Below, piece after piece: positions 17,629 to 26,780 of a stretch of 33,405 bases of DNA; the first letter of the stretch is position 1, and every line of letters starts with the position of its first letter. Below the pieces are notes generated by a model, which was given only the letters and a program-made list of their open reading frames with translations, was not told the DNA's origin and searched no databases. The stretch comes from a virus, in IMG/VR virus record IMGVR_UViG_3300017727_001923, positions 1 to 33,405 of that record, one strand, 5' to 3'. The translations under genes and the position numbers were made by a program.

Positions 17629-18585
17629 ATGAAATATTCACTTACAATCTTTCAAAATACTTTTGACAACAAGACCCACCGAACTATGACGTTCGATTCG
17701 TGGGAAAAGTTCGTTGTATTGTTAAGTGAACTATATGATAAAAAAGGAGAAAAAGGTGGTAGAAATTCTAGTCCTCTTATTAGTCCTGCTAATTATGTCA
17801 CCGATACTACACGGTCTAATAAGAATGTTAATCGCTGGTCTGGTTGGTGCTGTCTTGACGTTGATGATTATATGGTACATACTGATTCCAATCGCAGTCC
17901 TGTTGAGTGCCTAAAACAACAACTACAAGAAAAGTATGGTCGATTTGAGTATGTGTGTTATAACACTGCATCATCTAGTAAAGACCAACCCAAGTTCAGA
18001 TTAGTATTTCCCCTGACACGACAAGTTGATAGAAAAGACTTACCACACTTCTGGTTTGCTATGAACAAACGGTTTGAGGGTATGGGTGATGAACAAACAA
18101 AAGATTTATCACGGATGTACTATGTCCCCGCACAGTATCCAGACGCATATAGTTTTATGTTTACTAATGAAGGTGTGCATCTTGACCCTGATATGTTGAT
18201 GGACAAGTATTCGTTTGTTGAACCACAAGGTAATACTTTCATGGATAGATTGCCACCTGAACTACAGAAAGCAGTCTTAGAACATCGTAAGAATTCACTA
18301 GATAACACAGATTACACTTGGACATCATATCGTGATTGTCCGTTCTTCCCTAGAAAGTTAGAACAAGAATATAGAAGTATTACTAATACTGGTTGGTATC
18401 ATAAAATGTATCAGATTATGATTGCAGTAGCTGGTAATGCAGTTAGTAAAGGGTATCCTATTTCCGCATCTCAGATTGCAGAAATGTGTACTCAGTTAGA
18501 CATGGAGACTGGTAACTGGTATGAGAACCGACCATTAAACAAAGAAGCAGACCGAGCATTGGAGTACATATATCGTAATGGATAA
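17629..18585 (+). CDS. AEP-superfamily primase/primase-polymerase-like protein
   Basis: LDVDD (DxD), YNTASS...PKFRLVFPL, D..TKD.SR.YYVP; helical PriCT-like C-terminus. Confidence 0.65.
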   Translation: MKYSLTIFQNTFDNKTHRTMTFDSWEKFVVLLSELYDKKGEKGGRNSSPLISPANYVTDTTRSNKNVNRWSGWCCLDVDDYMVHTDSNRSPVECLKQQLQEKYGRFEYVCYNTASSSKDQPKFRLVFPLTRQVDRKDLPHFWFAMNKRFEGMGDEQTKDLSRMYYVPAQYPDAYSFMFTNEGVHLDPDMLMDKYSFVEPQGNTFMDRLPPELQKAVLEHRKNSLDNTDYTWTSYRDCPFFPRKLEQEYRSITNTGWYHKMYQIMIAVAGNAVSKGYPISASQIAEMCTQLDMETGNWYENRPLNKEADRALEYIYRNG

Positions 18586-18841
18586 GTGGCAAGTAATACA
18601 AGGACGTAAGTCCGAGAAAGATAAAATACTATTGTACCAAGGAAAAGCCGTTTCTTTTCGTGACGTTGCAATGATGTGTATATTCTTCATGGAGAATGAA
18701 GACATACTATATCCACCATCCCGTGGTCTAAAAGGTGCGGAGATGTTTAAAGACTATATAAAAGAAGTGTTAGAAAACAGAAAAGTTCCTACGGATAGTA
18801 AATATGCGATTAGGAAAAACCACGGAGTTGTAAAAGTATGA
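18578..18841 (+). CDS. Hypothetical protein
   Basis: ORF overlapping both neighbours. Confidence 0.6.
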   Translation: MDKWQVIQGRKSEKDKILLYQGKAVSFRDVAMMCIFFMENEDILYPPSRGLKGAEMFKDYIKEVLENRKVPTDSKYAIRKNHGVVKV

Positions 18842-19776
18842 GAATATTGATTACTGGTGCAGCGGGTTTCATTGGTTCACATCTTGCAGATAGTTTATTA
18901 GAAGATGGATTTGATGTTGTTGGATTAGACAACTATAACAACTACTATGACCCCGCACTTAAAAAAGACAGAGTTGCATACTTTGGTCATCAAGTATATA
19001 AGGCAGATTTAAAAGAGTTTGACGAAGTAGACCGTGCATTTAATAAGTTAATGCCAGATGTAGTCATTCACCTTGCCGCACGTGCGGGTGTACGTGACTC
19101 TGTTGGTAATGAACAGTTATATCACCAAGACAATATCATTGGAACACAGAACCTTATTCAAGTATGCAAAATGTATAAGGTTAAGAAAGTTCTCTATGCA
19201 TCTACTAGTTCAGTCTATGGTGGAACACCTATCCCTAAAACAGGATGGGTTGAAGATGAGGTTACTGGTCACCAGTTGAATCCATATGCATATACAAAGT
19301 ATTGTAATGAATGTCAGTTTAAAATCTCTGGACTAAACAATATAGGACTAAGGTTCTTTACTGTATACGGCCCTTGGGGTAGACCTGACATGGCATTATA
19401 TCAGTTTGCAGATTCGATTGTTGCGGGTGATTCTATTGAAGCATATAACTATGGTAATATGAAAAGAGACTTCACCTATGTTGGTGACATTATCGAAGGT
19501 ATTAAATTAACACTATTTGCTGACCTACCGTCTGGAGAAATCTTCAACATAGGTAGAGGTAAACAAGTAGAACTTATGCATTTTATTGATTGTATAAGTA
19601 AAGAACTGGGTAGAGATGTTGATGTAGTTCTCGCACCTCGACACCCCGCAGATACTCTAGAGACTTGGAGTAATACTGCGAAACTAAGAGAACTAGGATA
19701 TAAACCCAGAGTAAACATTGAAGTAGGTGTTGAGGCATTTATTAGATGGTACAAAGATTATTACGGAGTAAATTAA
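18838..19776 (+). CDS. NAD-dependent epimerase (UDP-glucuronate 4-epimerase-like)
   Basis: TGAAGFIG, HLAARAGVR, YAYTK, LRFFTVYGPWGRPDMA. Confidence 0.92.
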   Translation: MRILITGAAGFIGSHLADSLLEDGFDVVGLDNYNNYYDPALKKDRVAYFGHQVYKADLKEFDEVDRAFNKLMPDVVIHLAARAGVRDSVGNEQLYHQDNIIGTQNLIQVCKMYKVKKVLYASTSSVYGGTPIPKTGWVEDEVTGHQLNPYAYTKYCNECQFKISGLNNIGLRFFTVYGPWGRPDMALYQFADSIVAGDSIEAYNYGNMKRDFTYVGDIIEGIKLTLFADLPSGEIFNIGRGKQVELMHFIDCISKELGRDVDVVLAPRHPADTLETWSNTAKLRELGYKPRVNIEVGVEAFIRWYKDYYGVN

Positions 19777-20723
19777 TGAAAGATGATGGTTTAAGAAATC
19801 TAAATCCTGACGGTTCACCTCAACAGGTGCAGACAAGACTAAAAATTGGTATTGTTGGTCATGGTTTTGTAGGGGGTGCAGTAGACTATGCGTTTACCCA
19901 TCCTGAAATTGATATGTATTATGTTGACCCAAAACACAATACAACGATTGATGACTTGGTTGATTGGCAACCACATGTGTCGTTTATTTGCGCTCCAACT
20001 CCAATGTCGGATGATGGGTTTGTTGATGCGTCCATTGTAGAAGACGCAGTATTAAAACTATTGGAACATACAGAAGGTGGTGTTGTTGTCAAATCAACAA
20101 TCACTCCAGATATTGTTGACCGTTTATATTCTTCAATCTTTGAAGATGACATCAAACGTTTGACTATCAACCCTGAGTTCCTGACAGAATCAAATGCAAA
20201 AGAACAGTTTGTAAATGCAGAGTATCATGTTATTGGTGGTCACCCTGACGCATGTCAAGGTCTTGCACAGTTGTATGATGTGTACAGTCTATGTACTGCA
20301 ACAGAATATTTGTTCTGTTCTGCACCAGAAGCTGCATTCATTAAGTATGGAGTGAACTCATTCCTTGCAACTAAAGTAACATTCTTTAATCAATTATATG
20401 ATTCTGCAATTGGATTTGGTTGTAATTTCCCTACTATTGCAAATGCAATCGGTAAGGACAAAAGGATTGGTGTTGGTCACACCCGTGTGCCTGGCTATGA
20501 TGGTAAACGTGGATTCGGTGGTGCGTGTTTCCCCAAGGATACAAAAGCATTTACTTTATTCGACCCTAGCTTGACTTTAATTGATAAGTGTGTTAGTATA
20601 AACAATGAATTTCGTAATGGTTACGAATTAGATAAACGTGAGGAAGAAAATAATGTCAAGTATGATGGACAAGCTGAAGAAGAACAGCAAGATAAAAACG
20701 ACAGCGATACTGTCGGAGAGTAA
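19776..20723 (+). CDS. UDP-glucose/GDP-mannose dehydrogenase family protein (lacks the C-terminal domain)
   Basis: GHGFVG, VKST, NPEFL, K...N.FLA.K..F.N, GFGGACFPKD. Confidence 0.88.
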   Translation: MKDDGLRNLNPDGSPQQVQTRLKIGIVGHGFVGGAVDYAFTHPEIDMYYVDPKHNTTIDDLVDWQPHVSFICAPTPMSDDGFVDASIVEDAVLKLLEHTEGGVVVKSTITPDIVDRLYSSIFEDDIKRLTINPEFLTESNAKEQFVNAEYHVIGGHPDACQGLAQLYDVYSLCTATEYLFCSAPEAAFIKYGVNSFLATKVTFFNQLYDSAIGFGCNFPTIANAIGKDKRIGVGHTRVPGYDGKRGFGGACFPKDTKAFTLFDPSLTLIDKCVSINNEFRNGYELDKREEENNVKYDGQAEEEQQDKNDSDTVGE

Positions 20724-21705
20724 ATTTTTTACAGAAACAGATATGGTGCCAACCGATGTTCCAATGGTGAACGTTGCGTTGAGTGGAAGTATTGACGGTG
20801 GTATCACGCCTGGCTTAACGGTACTAGCAGGCCCGAGTAAGCACTTCAAAACTTCATTTGCATTGCTAATGGCAAGTGCATATATGAAGGCAAAGAAGGA
20901 CGCAGTAATGCTCTTTTACGATAGTGAGTTTGGTAGTCCCCAATCTTACTTTGAGCAATTCGGAATTGATACCTCACGGGTGTTACATACACCCATCGCC
21001 AATGTCGAGGAACTCAAGTTTGACTTAATTGGTCAACTTGAATCAATCGATAGAAAAGATGACGTAATAATCGTTATCGATTCAATTGGTAATCTCGCAT
21101 CCAAAAAAGAGTTAGAGGATGCAATCAACGAGAAGTCGGTGGCAGATATGTCCCGTGCTAAAGCATTGAAGGGTCTCTTTAGGATGTGTACTCCATATCT
21201 GACCATGAAGAATATCCCTATGCTTGCCGTCAACCACACATATAAAGAAATTGGACTATTCCCTAAAGACATCGTAGGTGGTGGTACTGGTATATACTAC
21301 AGTGCAGATAACATCTGGATTCTGGGAAGACAACAAGATAAACAAGGAACTGAGATAAAAGGTTACAGGTTTATCATTAATGTGGAGAAATCACGTTATG
21401 TTAAAGAGAAATCTAAAATACCTATCACAGTATCTTGGGAAGGTGGTGTCCAACGTTTCAGCGGTCTTTTGGATGTCGCTCTCGTTGGTGGTTATGTCGC
21501 TAAGCCTTCTAATGGTTGGTACTGTCGTGTGGATAGGGATAGTGGTGAATTGGTTGACCCAAGAGTTCGAGAGAAGGACACCCTTCAAGAAGAATTCTGG
21601 AAACCAGTCTTCGCAGATACCGACTTCGCAGACTTCCTCAAGTCACAATACTCAATTGGACTCGCACAAAAAGTAGACATGGAAGAGATAGCAAATGTCG
21701 AATGA
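20653..21705 (+). CDS. uvsX: RecA-like recombinase UvsX
   Basis: AGPSKHFKT, FYDSEFG, IDSIGNLAS, GGGTGIYYSAD. Confidence 0.96.
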   Translation: MSSMMDKLKKNSKIKTTAILSESKFFTETDMVPTDVPMVNVALSGSIDGGITPGLTVLAGPSKHFKTSFALLMASAYMKAKKDAVMLFYDSEFGSPQSYFEQFGIDTSRVLHTPIANVEELKFDLIGQLESIDRKDDVIIVIDSIGNLASKKELEDAINEKSVADMSRAKALKGLFRMCTPYLTMKNIPMLAVNHTYKEIGLFPKDIVGGGTGIYYSADNIWILGRQQDKQGTEIKGYRFIINVEKSRYVKEKSKIPITVSWEGGVQRFSGLLDVALVGGYVAKPSNGWYCRVDRDSGELVDPRVREKDTLQEEFWKPVFADTDFADFLKSQYSIGLAQKVDMEEIANVE

Positions 21706-22117
21706 TATTGAGAATATGCTCAGTGAAAAGATTCACTATGAACTTGTTCCTTCGGATGACCCCCATGGATGGGATGTCCGAATACTAGAAGAGTATCCTG
21801 AAACGGTTATTACTTTTGGTGCAATCAAGTTTGTAGGAATCGATGATAGTGGAGACGATGGAGAGATTAGATTTGATTTCTCCATCAAATCCTCACCAGA
21901 CCCAGAATTAACAACAGAAGACTTGACTTTTCAAGCATATGTTGGTACAATACTTAATAGCGTAATAGGTACAGCTATCGCAGAGGGAACTATGGTTGCA
22001 CAGGATAGTGACTCTGGTCAAATTATGGCAACAGAAGAAACACATGAGGACTTAGAAGAATTATATAATGAATATCAATCTAGAACAGACAGTACTGCGG
22101 AATCTACTGACCAATGA
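21695..22117 (+). CDS. Acidic hypothetical protein in the gp40 position
   Basis: Syntenic between uvsX and gp41; sequence identity to gp40 not evident. Confidence 0.5.
   Translation: MSNDIENMLSEKIHYELVPSDDPHGWDVRILEEYPETVITFGAIKFVGIDDSGDDGEIRFDFSIKSSPDPELTTEDLTFQAYVGTILNSVIGTAIAEGTMVAQDSDSGQIMATEETHEDLEELYNEYQSRTDSTAESTDQ
21923..21951 (+). promoter_or_regulatory. sigma70 promoter for gp41
   Basis: TTGACT-17 nt-TACAAT with extended -10 TG. Confidence 0.65.
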
Positions 22118-23471
22118 TGACTACATGCGGAAGGTTCTTCCGTTCATATCACCTGATTACTTTGATGGAGTCTACAAAGGACTATTCAAAGAAGTCACTA
22201 AATTTGTAGCAAAATACAACAAACTACCAACTCTTGAATCATTCAAGATTGAAATCGATGAAGAGAACTCTCTTGCGGATGACCAATATCGTTCCGCAAT
22301 AGACCTTCTTCCTAATATTTTTACACCCGAATCTGAGAACCTTGAATGGTTAATTACACGAACTGAGAAGTGGTGTCAAGACCGTGCGGTCTATAATGCG
22401 GTAATGGAATCTATTTCTATTATCGATGGTAAACATGCAACAATGCAAAAGAATGCAATACCCGATGTATTGTCTAAAGCACTTGGTGTTACGTTTGATA
22501 CTAATATCGGTCACGATTATCTAGAGAATGTAGATGGTCGTTATGATTTCTACCATGAACAAGAAGAGAGGATACCTTTTGACCTTGATTACTTTAACCA
22601 GATTACTAAAGGCGGTTTACCGAATAAGACTCTCAACATTGCACTTGCTGGCACTGGTGTTGGTAAGTCTCTGTTTATGTGCCATGTCGCTTCCAGTGCA
22701 TTAAGTCAAGGACGCAATGCATTGTATATTACTATGGAAATGGCAGAAGAACGTATTGCAGAACGTATTGATGCAAACTTACTGAATGTTCCTATTGACC
22801 AACTAGAGAATCTATCCAAGACTATGTTCACAGATAAGGTTCAACAGATTGCCGCAAAGACTCAAGGTAAACTTATTATTAAAGAGTATCCTACTGGACA
22901 GGCAAACACGGCACACTTCCGTGCATTACTGAATGAGTTGAAACTCAAGAAGAACTTTGTCCCTGAGATTATCTTTATTGATTACCTAAACATATGTGCA
23001 TCATCTCGTATGAAAGGTATGGGTGGTGCAATCAACTCTTATTCTTATATCAAGTCTATTGCAGAAGAGTTACGTGGACTCGCAGTTGAGTTCAATGTAC
23101 CCATCATGTCTGCAACCCAGACTACACGTTCGGGTTATGGTAATGATGATGTTGGTCTAGAAGATACTGCTGAGTCATTCGGTCTACCCGCAACTGCTGA
23201 TTTAATGTTTGCATTGATATCTAATGAAGAACTAAATAACCTTGGTAAGATAATGGTTAAACAGTTGAAGAATCGTTACAATGACCCGACACGTCACAAT
23301 CGATTTACCATAAAGGTTGACCGTAGTAAGATGCGTCTGGAAGATGATACCGATGAAGAAATGATTCCGAATGACCCTGATAAAGGATATGATGACAAAC
23401 CTTTATTTGATAAGACTTCGTCTGGTAAGAGAATCAATCAAGAAAACTTTAAAAACTTTAGGATGGAATGA
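22068..23471 (+). CDS. gp41: Replicative helicase gp41 (DnaB-like)
   Basis: AGTGVGKS, ITMEMAEE, IDYLNI, ATQTTR, KQLKNRY. Confidence 0.96.
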   Translation: MNINLEQTVLRNLLTNDDYMRKVLPFISPDYFDGVYKGLFKEVTKFVAKYNKLPTLESFKIEIDEENSLADDQYRSAIDLLPNIFTPESENLEWLITRTEKWCQDRAVYNAVMESISIIDGKHATMQKNAIPDVLSKALGVTFDTNIGHDYLENVDGRYDFYHEQEERIPFDLDYFNQITKGGLPNKTLNIALAGTGVGKSLFMCHVASSALSQGRNALYITMEMAEERIAERIDANLLNVPIDQLENLSKTMFTDKVQQIAAKTQGKLIIKEYPTGQANTAHFRALLNELKLKKNFVPEIIFIDYLNICASSRMKGMGGAINSYSYIKSIAEELRGLAVEFNVPIMSATQTTRSGYGNDDVGLEDTAESFGLPATADLMFALISNEELNNLGKIMVKQLKNRYNDPTRHNRFTIKVDRSKMRLEDDTDEEMIPNDPDKGYDDKPLFDKTSSGKRINQENFKNFRME

Positions 23472-23746
23472 TGGAATCGTATGGATGGCCAATGCTAACC
23501 CTCGTATTAATGTATGGTTCATACTGGTTAGGAAAAATACATGGATTTATGGATGGAGAAGACGAAGGTTTTTTGATGGGTGTAGAACAAAGTCGAGCGC
23601 CTATCACACGTTCTATTCTCAAATGGATTCGTGCAGACAGAGATATCAATATCAGTGACCCTGAAATTGAAGCAATAATAAAACACCTAGAAGTAGATGT
23701 TGATTTACAAAATGGAAAACAAAGGAAAATTAACTATTATGAATAA
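23468..23746 (+). CDS. Hypothetical protein with N-terminal TM helix
   Basis: Hydrophobic N-terminus; overlaps both neighbours. Confidence 0.6.
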   Translation: MMESYGWPMLTLVLMYGSYWLGKIHGFMDGEDEGFLMGVEQSRAPITRSILKWIRADRDINISDPEIEAIIKHLEVDVDLQNGKQRKINYYE

Positions 23747-24389
23747 TGTAAATTTAATTGCGTTGAGTAAACCATCCGCAAGTACGGATTGTCACACTGC
23801 AAGTGAACTGGTTGCATATACAGCTAGAGTAAGTAACCCTACGAATCAAAGTAATAAGAAAACCGCACCTAAGTTACTGAAGTATCTTATGAAAGAAAAT
23901 CATTGGTCACCATTTGAAATGGTGCATATGACCATGGAAATTAAAACGACTCGTGATATCGCAAGACAGATTATTCGACATCGCTCATTCTCATACCAAG
24001 AATTCTCACAACGTTATGCTGAAGCAAAGGTCTTTGAAACACGTGAGGCACGTCTACAGGACGAAACCAATAGACAAAATTCTATTCCGACAGATGACAG
24101 TACACTAAAAGAATGGTGGAACATGTCACAACAAAGTATGATAAGATACTCTACAAAAGCATATGAAGAAGCGTTAGAGAAAGGTATTGCAAAAGAACAA
24201 GCACGTGCATTGTTACCTGAAGGTCTAACTGAATCTACATTGTATATGGCGGGTAGTCTACGTAGTTGGATTCATTATTGTGACCTAAGACGAGCAAACG
24301 GAACTCAGAAAGAACATATGGACATTGCTGAACAATGTTGGGATATCATCATGGTTCACTTTCCTGAATTAGGATTAAGGGATGAGTGA
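23739..24389 (+). CDS. thyX: Flavin-dependent thymidylate synthase
   Basis: HWSPFE, RHRSFSYQEFSQRY, EQARALLP. Confidence 0.95.
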   Translation: MNNVNLIALSKPSASTDCHTASELVAYTARVSNPTNQSNKKTAPKLLKYLMKENHWSPFEMVHMTMEIKTTRDIARQIIRHRSFSYQEFSQRYAEAKVFETREARLQDETNRQNSIPTDDSTLKEWWNMSQQSMIRYSTKAYEEALEKGIAKEQARALLPEGLTESTLYMAGSLRSWIHYCDLRRANGTQKEHMDIAEQCWDIIMVHFPELGLRDE

Positions 24390-25074
24390 GATAACAATCC
24401 GTAATAAGGGTTTACTCAAGACCCTTAACGAAACGTTGGATATGTTCTTAGAACATAAAGACCTTTGTACGGAATTGTCAGATAATTTACAGAAAGATAT
24501 GCCCGTTGAAAATTGGGAAAACTTCTGTAAAGAAGAATACATGCATGAAATGATTGCAAAGGGTGATGCTCATCAAGGATTCCCTGAAAGAGGATTTGGT
24601 TTTCAAGTAGCACAAGGTGCTAAACAAAGACCTGATATATTTGAACCATTGAAGAAATGGACTAAGACTGAACTCCCTATGAGATTTGGTGCAAGGTCAA
24701 ACTCCCTGACATCTTATTATCCACCCAATGGATTTGTAGGATGGCATACTAATTGGAATGCATCTGCATATCAATTGATTCTTTCATGGAGTGAGACTGG
24801 TGACGGATATTTTTCTTATTATGACAGAAAGTCTGATACGATTATTACTGAACCTGATAAGAAAGGATGGCAAGCTAGATGGTATAGGTTTGGTCGTCAA
24901 GACGAACCCCAACATCATTGTTGGCACGCTATGTGGACAAACTGTCCCAGATTTACACTTGCATTTAAATTCCCTTATTTGGTTTCGACTTCTGAGTCTC
25001 ACATCAAAATTGAGAAAGAAGACGGTGCTTTTGACCAATTGATGGATTTCGTAGAAGATTTAGAAAGTGCTTGA
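24382..25074 (+). CDS. Putative DSBH/2OG-Fe(II) oxygenase-like protein
   Basis: YYPPNGFVGWHTN...CWH...RFTLAF. Confidence 0.55.
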   Translation: MSEITIRNKGLLKTLNETLDMFLEHKDLCTELSDNLQKDMPVENWENFCKEEYMHEMIAKGDAHQGFPERGFGFQVAQGAKQRPDIFEPLKKWTKTELPMRFGARSNSLTSYYPPNGFVGWHTNWNASAYQLILSWSETGDGYFSYYDRKSDTIITEPDKKGWQARWYRFGRQDEPQHHCWHAMWTNCPRFTLAFKFPYLVSTSESHIKIEKEDGAFDQLMDFVEDLESA

Positions 25075-25099
25075 CTTTTCGCCATCATGGTGATATACT
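25071..25099 (+). promoter_or_regulatory. sigma70 promoter
   Basis: TTGACT-17 nt-TATACT with extended -10 TG. Confidence 0.65.
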
Positions 25100-25121
25100 G
25101 TAGAGATAAATTGAGGAAATT

Positions 25122-25394
25122 ATGGAAATAGATTACAAATATAATGAAGACAAGGCAATCAAAGAATTGTCTGATTACATTGACGGAACGTATGGACAAC
25201 ACTACTCGAAGAATAAGTTTCAAGCAACTGAGTTTATTATCGATGGTGGACATGGTGATGGTTTCTGTATAGGAAACATCATGAAGTACGCACAACGTTA
25301 TGGGAACAAAAATGGTTTCAATCGTGCAGACTTGATGAAGGTCTTACACTATGCAATCATTCAATTACATGTACATGACCATTACGAGAGGTAG
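25122..25394 (+). CDS. DUF3310-like (T7 gp1.7-related) protein
   Basis: HY....Q..EFI...GFCIGNIMKYAQRYG.K...DL.K..HY. Confidence 0.75.
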   Translation: MEIDYKYNEDKAIKELSDYIDGTYGQHYSKNKFQATEFIIDGGHGDGFCIGNIMKYAQRYGNKNGFNRADLMKVLHYAIIQLHVHDHYER

Positions 25395-25396
25395 TC

Positions 25397-25591
25397 ATGA
25401 GAAAGGAACGTATTCCTTTAAAGGGTGGTGCAGAATGGGATGCACTCACAAAGTCACGTAAGTACTACGTGTATCTAACGAATAGTGGTGTTGTAAAATC
25501 TATTAAGAAACAGTACAATAAACGACTTCGTAAACACCTCAAACAGTTTGATAAGAATGATGTCAAATATCGTGACGGTGATAATACCTAA
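25397..25591 (+). CDS. Small basic hypothetical protein
   Basis: GAGAGG RBS; LKGGAEWDAL...K.IKKQYNKR.R. Confidence 0.65.
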   Translation: MRKERIPLKGGAEWDALTKSRKYYVYLTNSGVVKSIKKQYNKRLRKHLKQFDKNDVKYRDGDNT

Positions 25592-25609
25592 AATAATTTC
25601 AGAAAAAGC

Positions 25610-25638
25610 TTGACAAACAGCGCCATTCTTGTTATAAT
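25610..25638 (+). promoter_or_regulatory. Strong early-type sigma70 promoter
   Basis: AAAAAGC-TTGACA-17 nt-TATAAT with TG; shares AAAAGCTTGACAAAC with the 14760 promoter. Confidence 0.8.
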
Positions 25639-25665
25639 AACAATATAATCAAGAAAGGAGAGATT

Positions 25666-25761
25666 ATGAAAACATTGAAAAAACACGGATTATTGGATTG
25701 GGACTTCATTCAACCAATATTGATGTTAACTGTTATGTTAGTTATTGGAGAATTAGTATGA
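25666..25761 (+). CDS. Micro-protein (31 aa) with hydrophobic C-terminus
   Basis: AAGGAG RBS; MKTLKKHGLLDWDFIQPILMLTVMLVIGELV; ATGA overlap with the next gene. Confidence 0.6.
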   Translation: MKTLKKHGLLDWDFIQPILMLTVMLVIGELV

Positions 25762-26120
25762 ATAATGTGATTGAATATGATGTCTATGAGTCATTCAATA
25801 AGAGTGGGTCATGTAGACAAGGTGAGATAACCACTACTTACGACACACTTCACAATCTTTTCGGTACACCGTCTTACACAGACGCAGACCCATATGAGAA
25901 GGTATCTTGTGAGTGGGTTCTGAATGTTAAGGTCAGAGATGAAGGTGACGGATACGATGATTGGTATTACGAACAAGTCTCTATCTACGCATGGAAGTAT
26001 GGTAGAATTCCTACTGAAGAATGTCAATGGAATATCGGTGGTTTCAATTGGGAAGCATCTGAAATCGTCCAGTCAATAATTGAATCGGGTGTTGAACCCG
26101 CATATAGTGAGGTAGCTTAA
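25758..26120 (+). CDS. Hypothetical early protein
   Basis: GGAG RBS; LFGTP...KVSCEW...QWNIGG. Confidence 0.65.
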   Translation: MNNVIEYDVYESFNKSGSCRQGEITTTYDTLHNLFGTPSYTDADPYEKVSCEWVLNVKVRDEGDGYDDWYYEQVSIYAWKYGRIPTEECQWNIGGFNWEASEIVQSIIESGVEPAYSEVA

Positions 26121-26314
26121 TGTCTAAGATGGGACAATTTGTTTTTGAATGTCAAGAGATTGCGGAAAGCAATTCTCATGAGTCAAAAGAATCGGTCATT
26201 GCAGAAGTCGAACAGACTTTTGTTGGTGAACGAAAGTATCTAGTACCTATGGCAGTTGATTCTGCGGTAGGATACTGGGAAGAAATTCAGTCAGATTTAC
26301 GGATGTATCTCTGA
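26120..26314 (+). CDS. Hypothetical protein
   Basis: GAGG RBS; MSKMGQFVFECQE. Confidence 0.65.
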   Translation: MSKMGQFVFECQEIAESNSHESKESVIAEVEQTFVGERKYLVPMAVDSAVGYWEEIQSDLRMYL

Positions 26315-26343
26315 CTGGTAATATTAACTCTAACTAAGGAATT

Positions 26344-26634
26344 ATGAGAAAGAGTAACTTTAATAGGAGACCACAACGTCCTAAACCAAAGGTGTGGCCA
26401 AAAGACGGTGCAAGAGAAGTCACTGTCAGAAACGGAGATGTAGAAACTGCATTAAAGATTTTCAAAAGGAAAGTCAAGAAGTCTAACATTCTCTTTGATT
26501 TGAAGAAGAAAGAATTCTTTGAAACTAGGAGAGAAACTAGACGTACTGCAAAACTGAAAGCAATCAGAAGAGTTCATAAGAAAAGGATTAAAGACCTAGA
26601 ACTCGAAGAGAGAATGAAGTTCCGTTACAGATAA
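26344..26634 (+). CDS. rpsU: Ribosomal protein bS21 homolog
   Basis: VTVRNGDVETALKIFKRKVKKSNILFDLKKKEFFET...RR..K..AIRR matches the bS21 pattern; basic N-terminal extension. Confidence 0.85.
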   Translation: MRKSNFNRRPQRPKPKVWPKDGAREVTVRNGDVETALKIFKRKVKKSNILFDLKKKEFFETRRETRRTAKLKAIRRVHKKRIKDLELEERMKFRYR

Positions 26635-26661
26635 GTCACTTTATTGTCACACAACTGTAAC
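26622..26661 (+). promoter_or_regulatory. Four direct repeats at 11-bp period (Pho-box-like)
   Basis: CCGTTAC-agat-AAGTCAC-ttta-TTGTCAC-acaa-CTGTAAC. Confidence 0.45.
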
Positions 26662-26667
26662 AATCCG

Positions 26668-26675
26668 TATAAATA
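26668..26675 (+). promoter_or_regulatory. T4-type late promoter
   Basis: TATAAATA; a second copy at 26748-26755. Confidence 0.6.
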
Positions 26676-26697
26676 AAAGTATATGGAGAAAAGAAAT

Positions 26698-26769
26698 ATG
26701 TGGAAGAAATTACACAAACTTATGAAGTCTGCAAGACTACACAAAGTTATAAATATGTCTATAGGTTAA
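26698..26769 (+). CDS. Micro-protein (23 aa)
   Basis: GGAG RBS; MWKKLHKLMKSARLHKVINMSIG. Confidence 0.45.
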   Translation: MWKKLHKLMKSARLHKVINMSIG

Positions 26770-26780
26770 AGGAGTGTACC

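Noticed and set aside
26700-26780. Upstream extension of the 88-aa track ORF
   Set aside because: The strong RBS places the start at 26781; the upstream part is better read as a separate 23-aa ORF in another frame.
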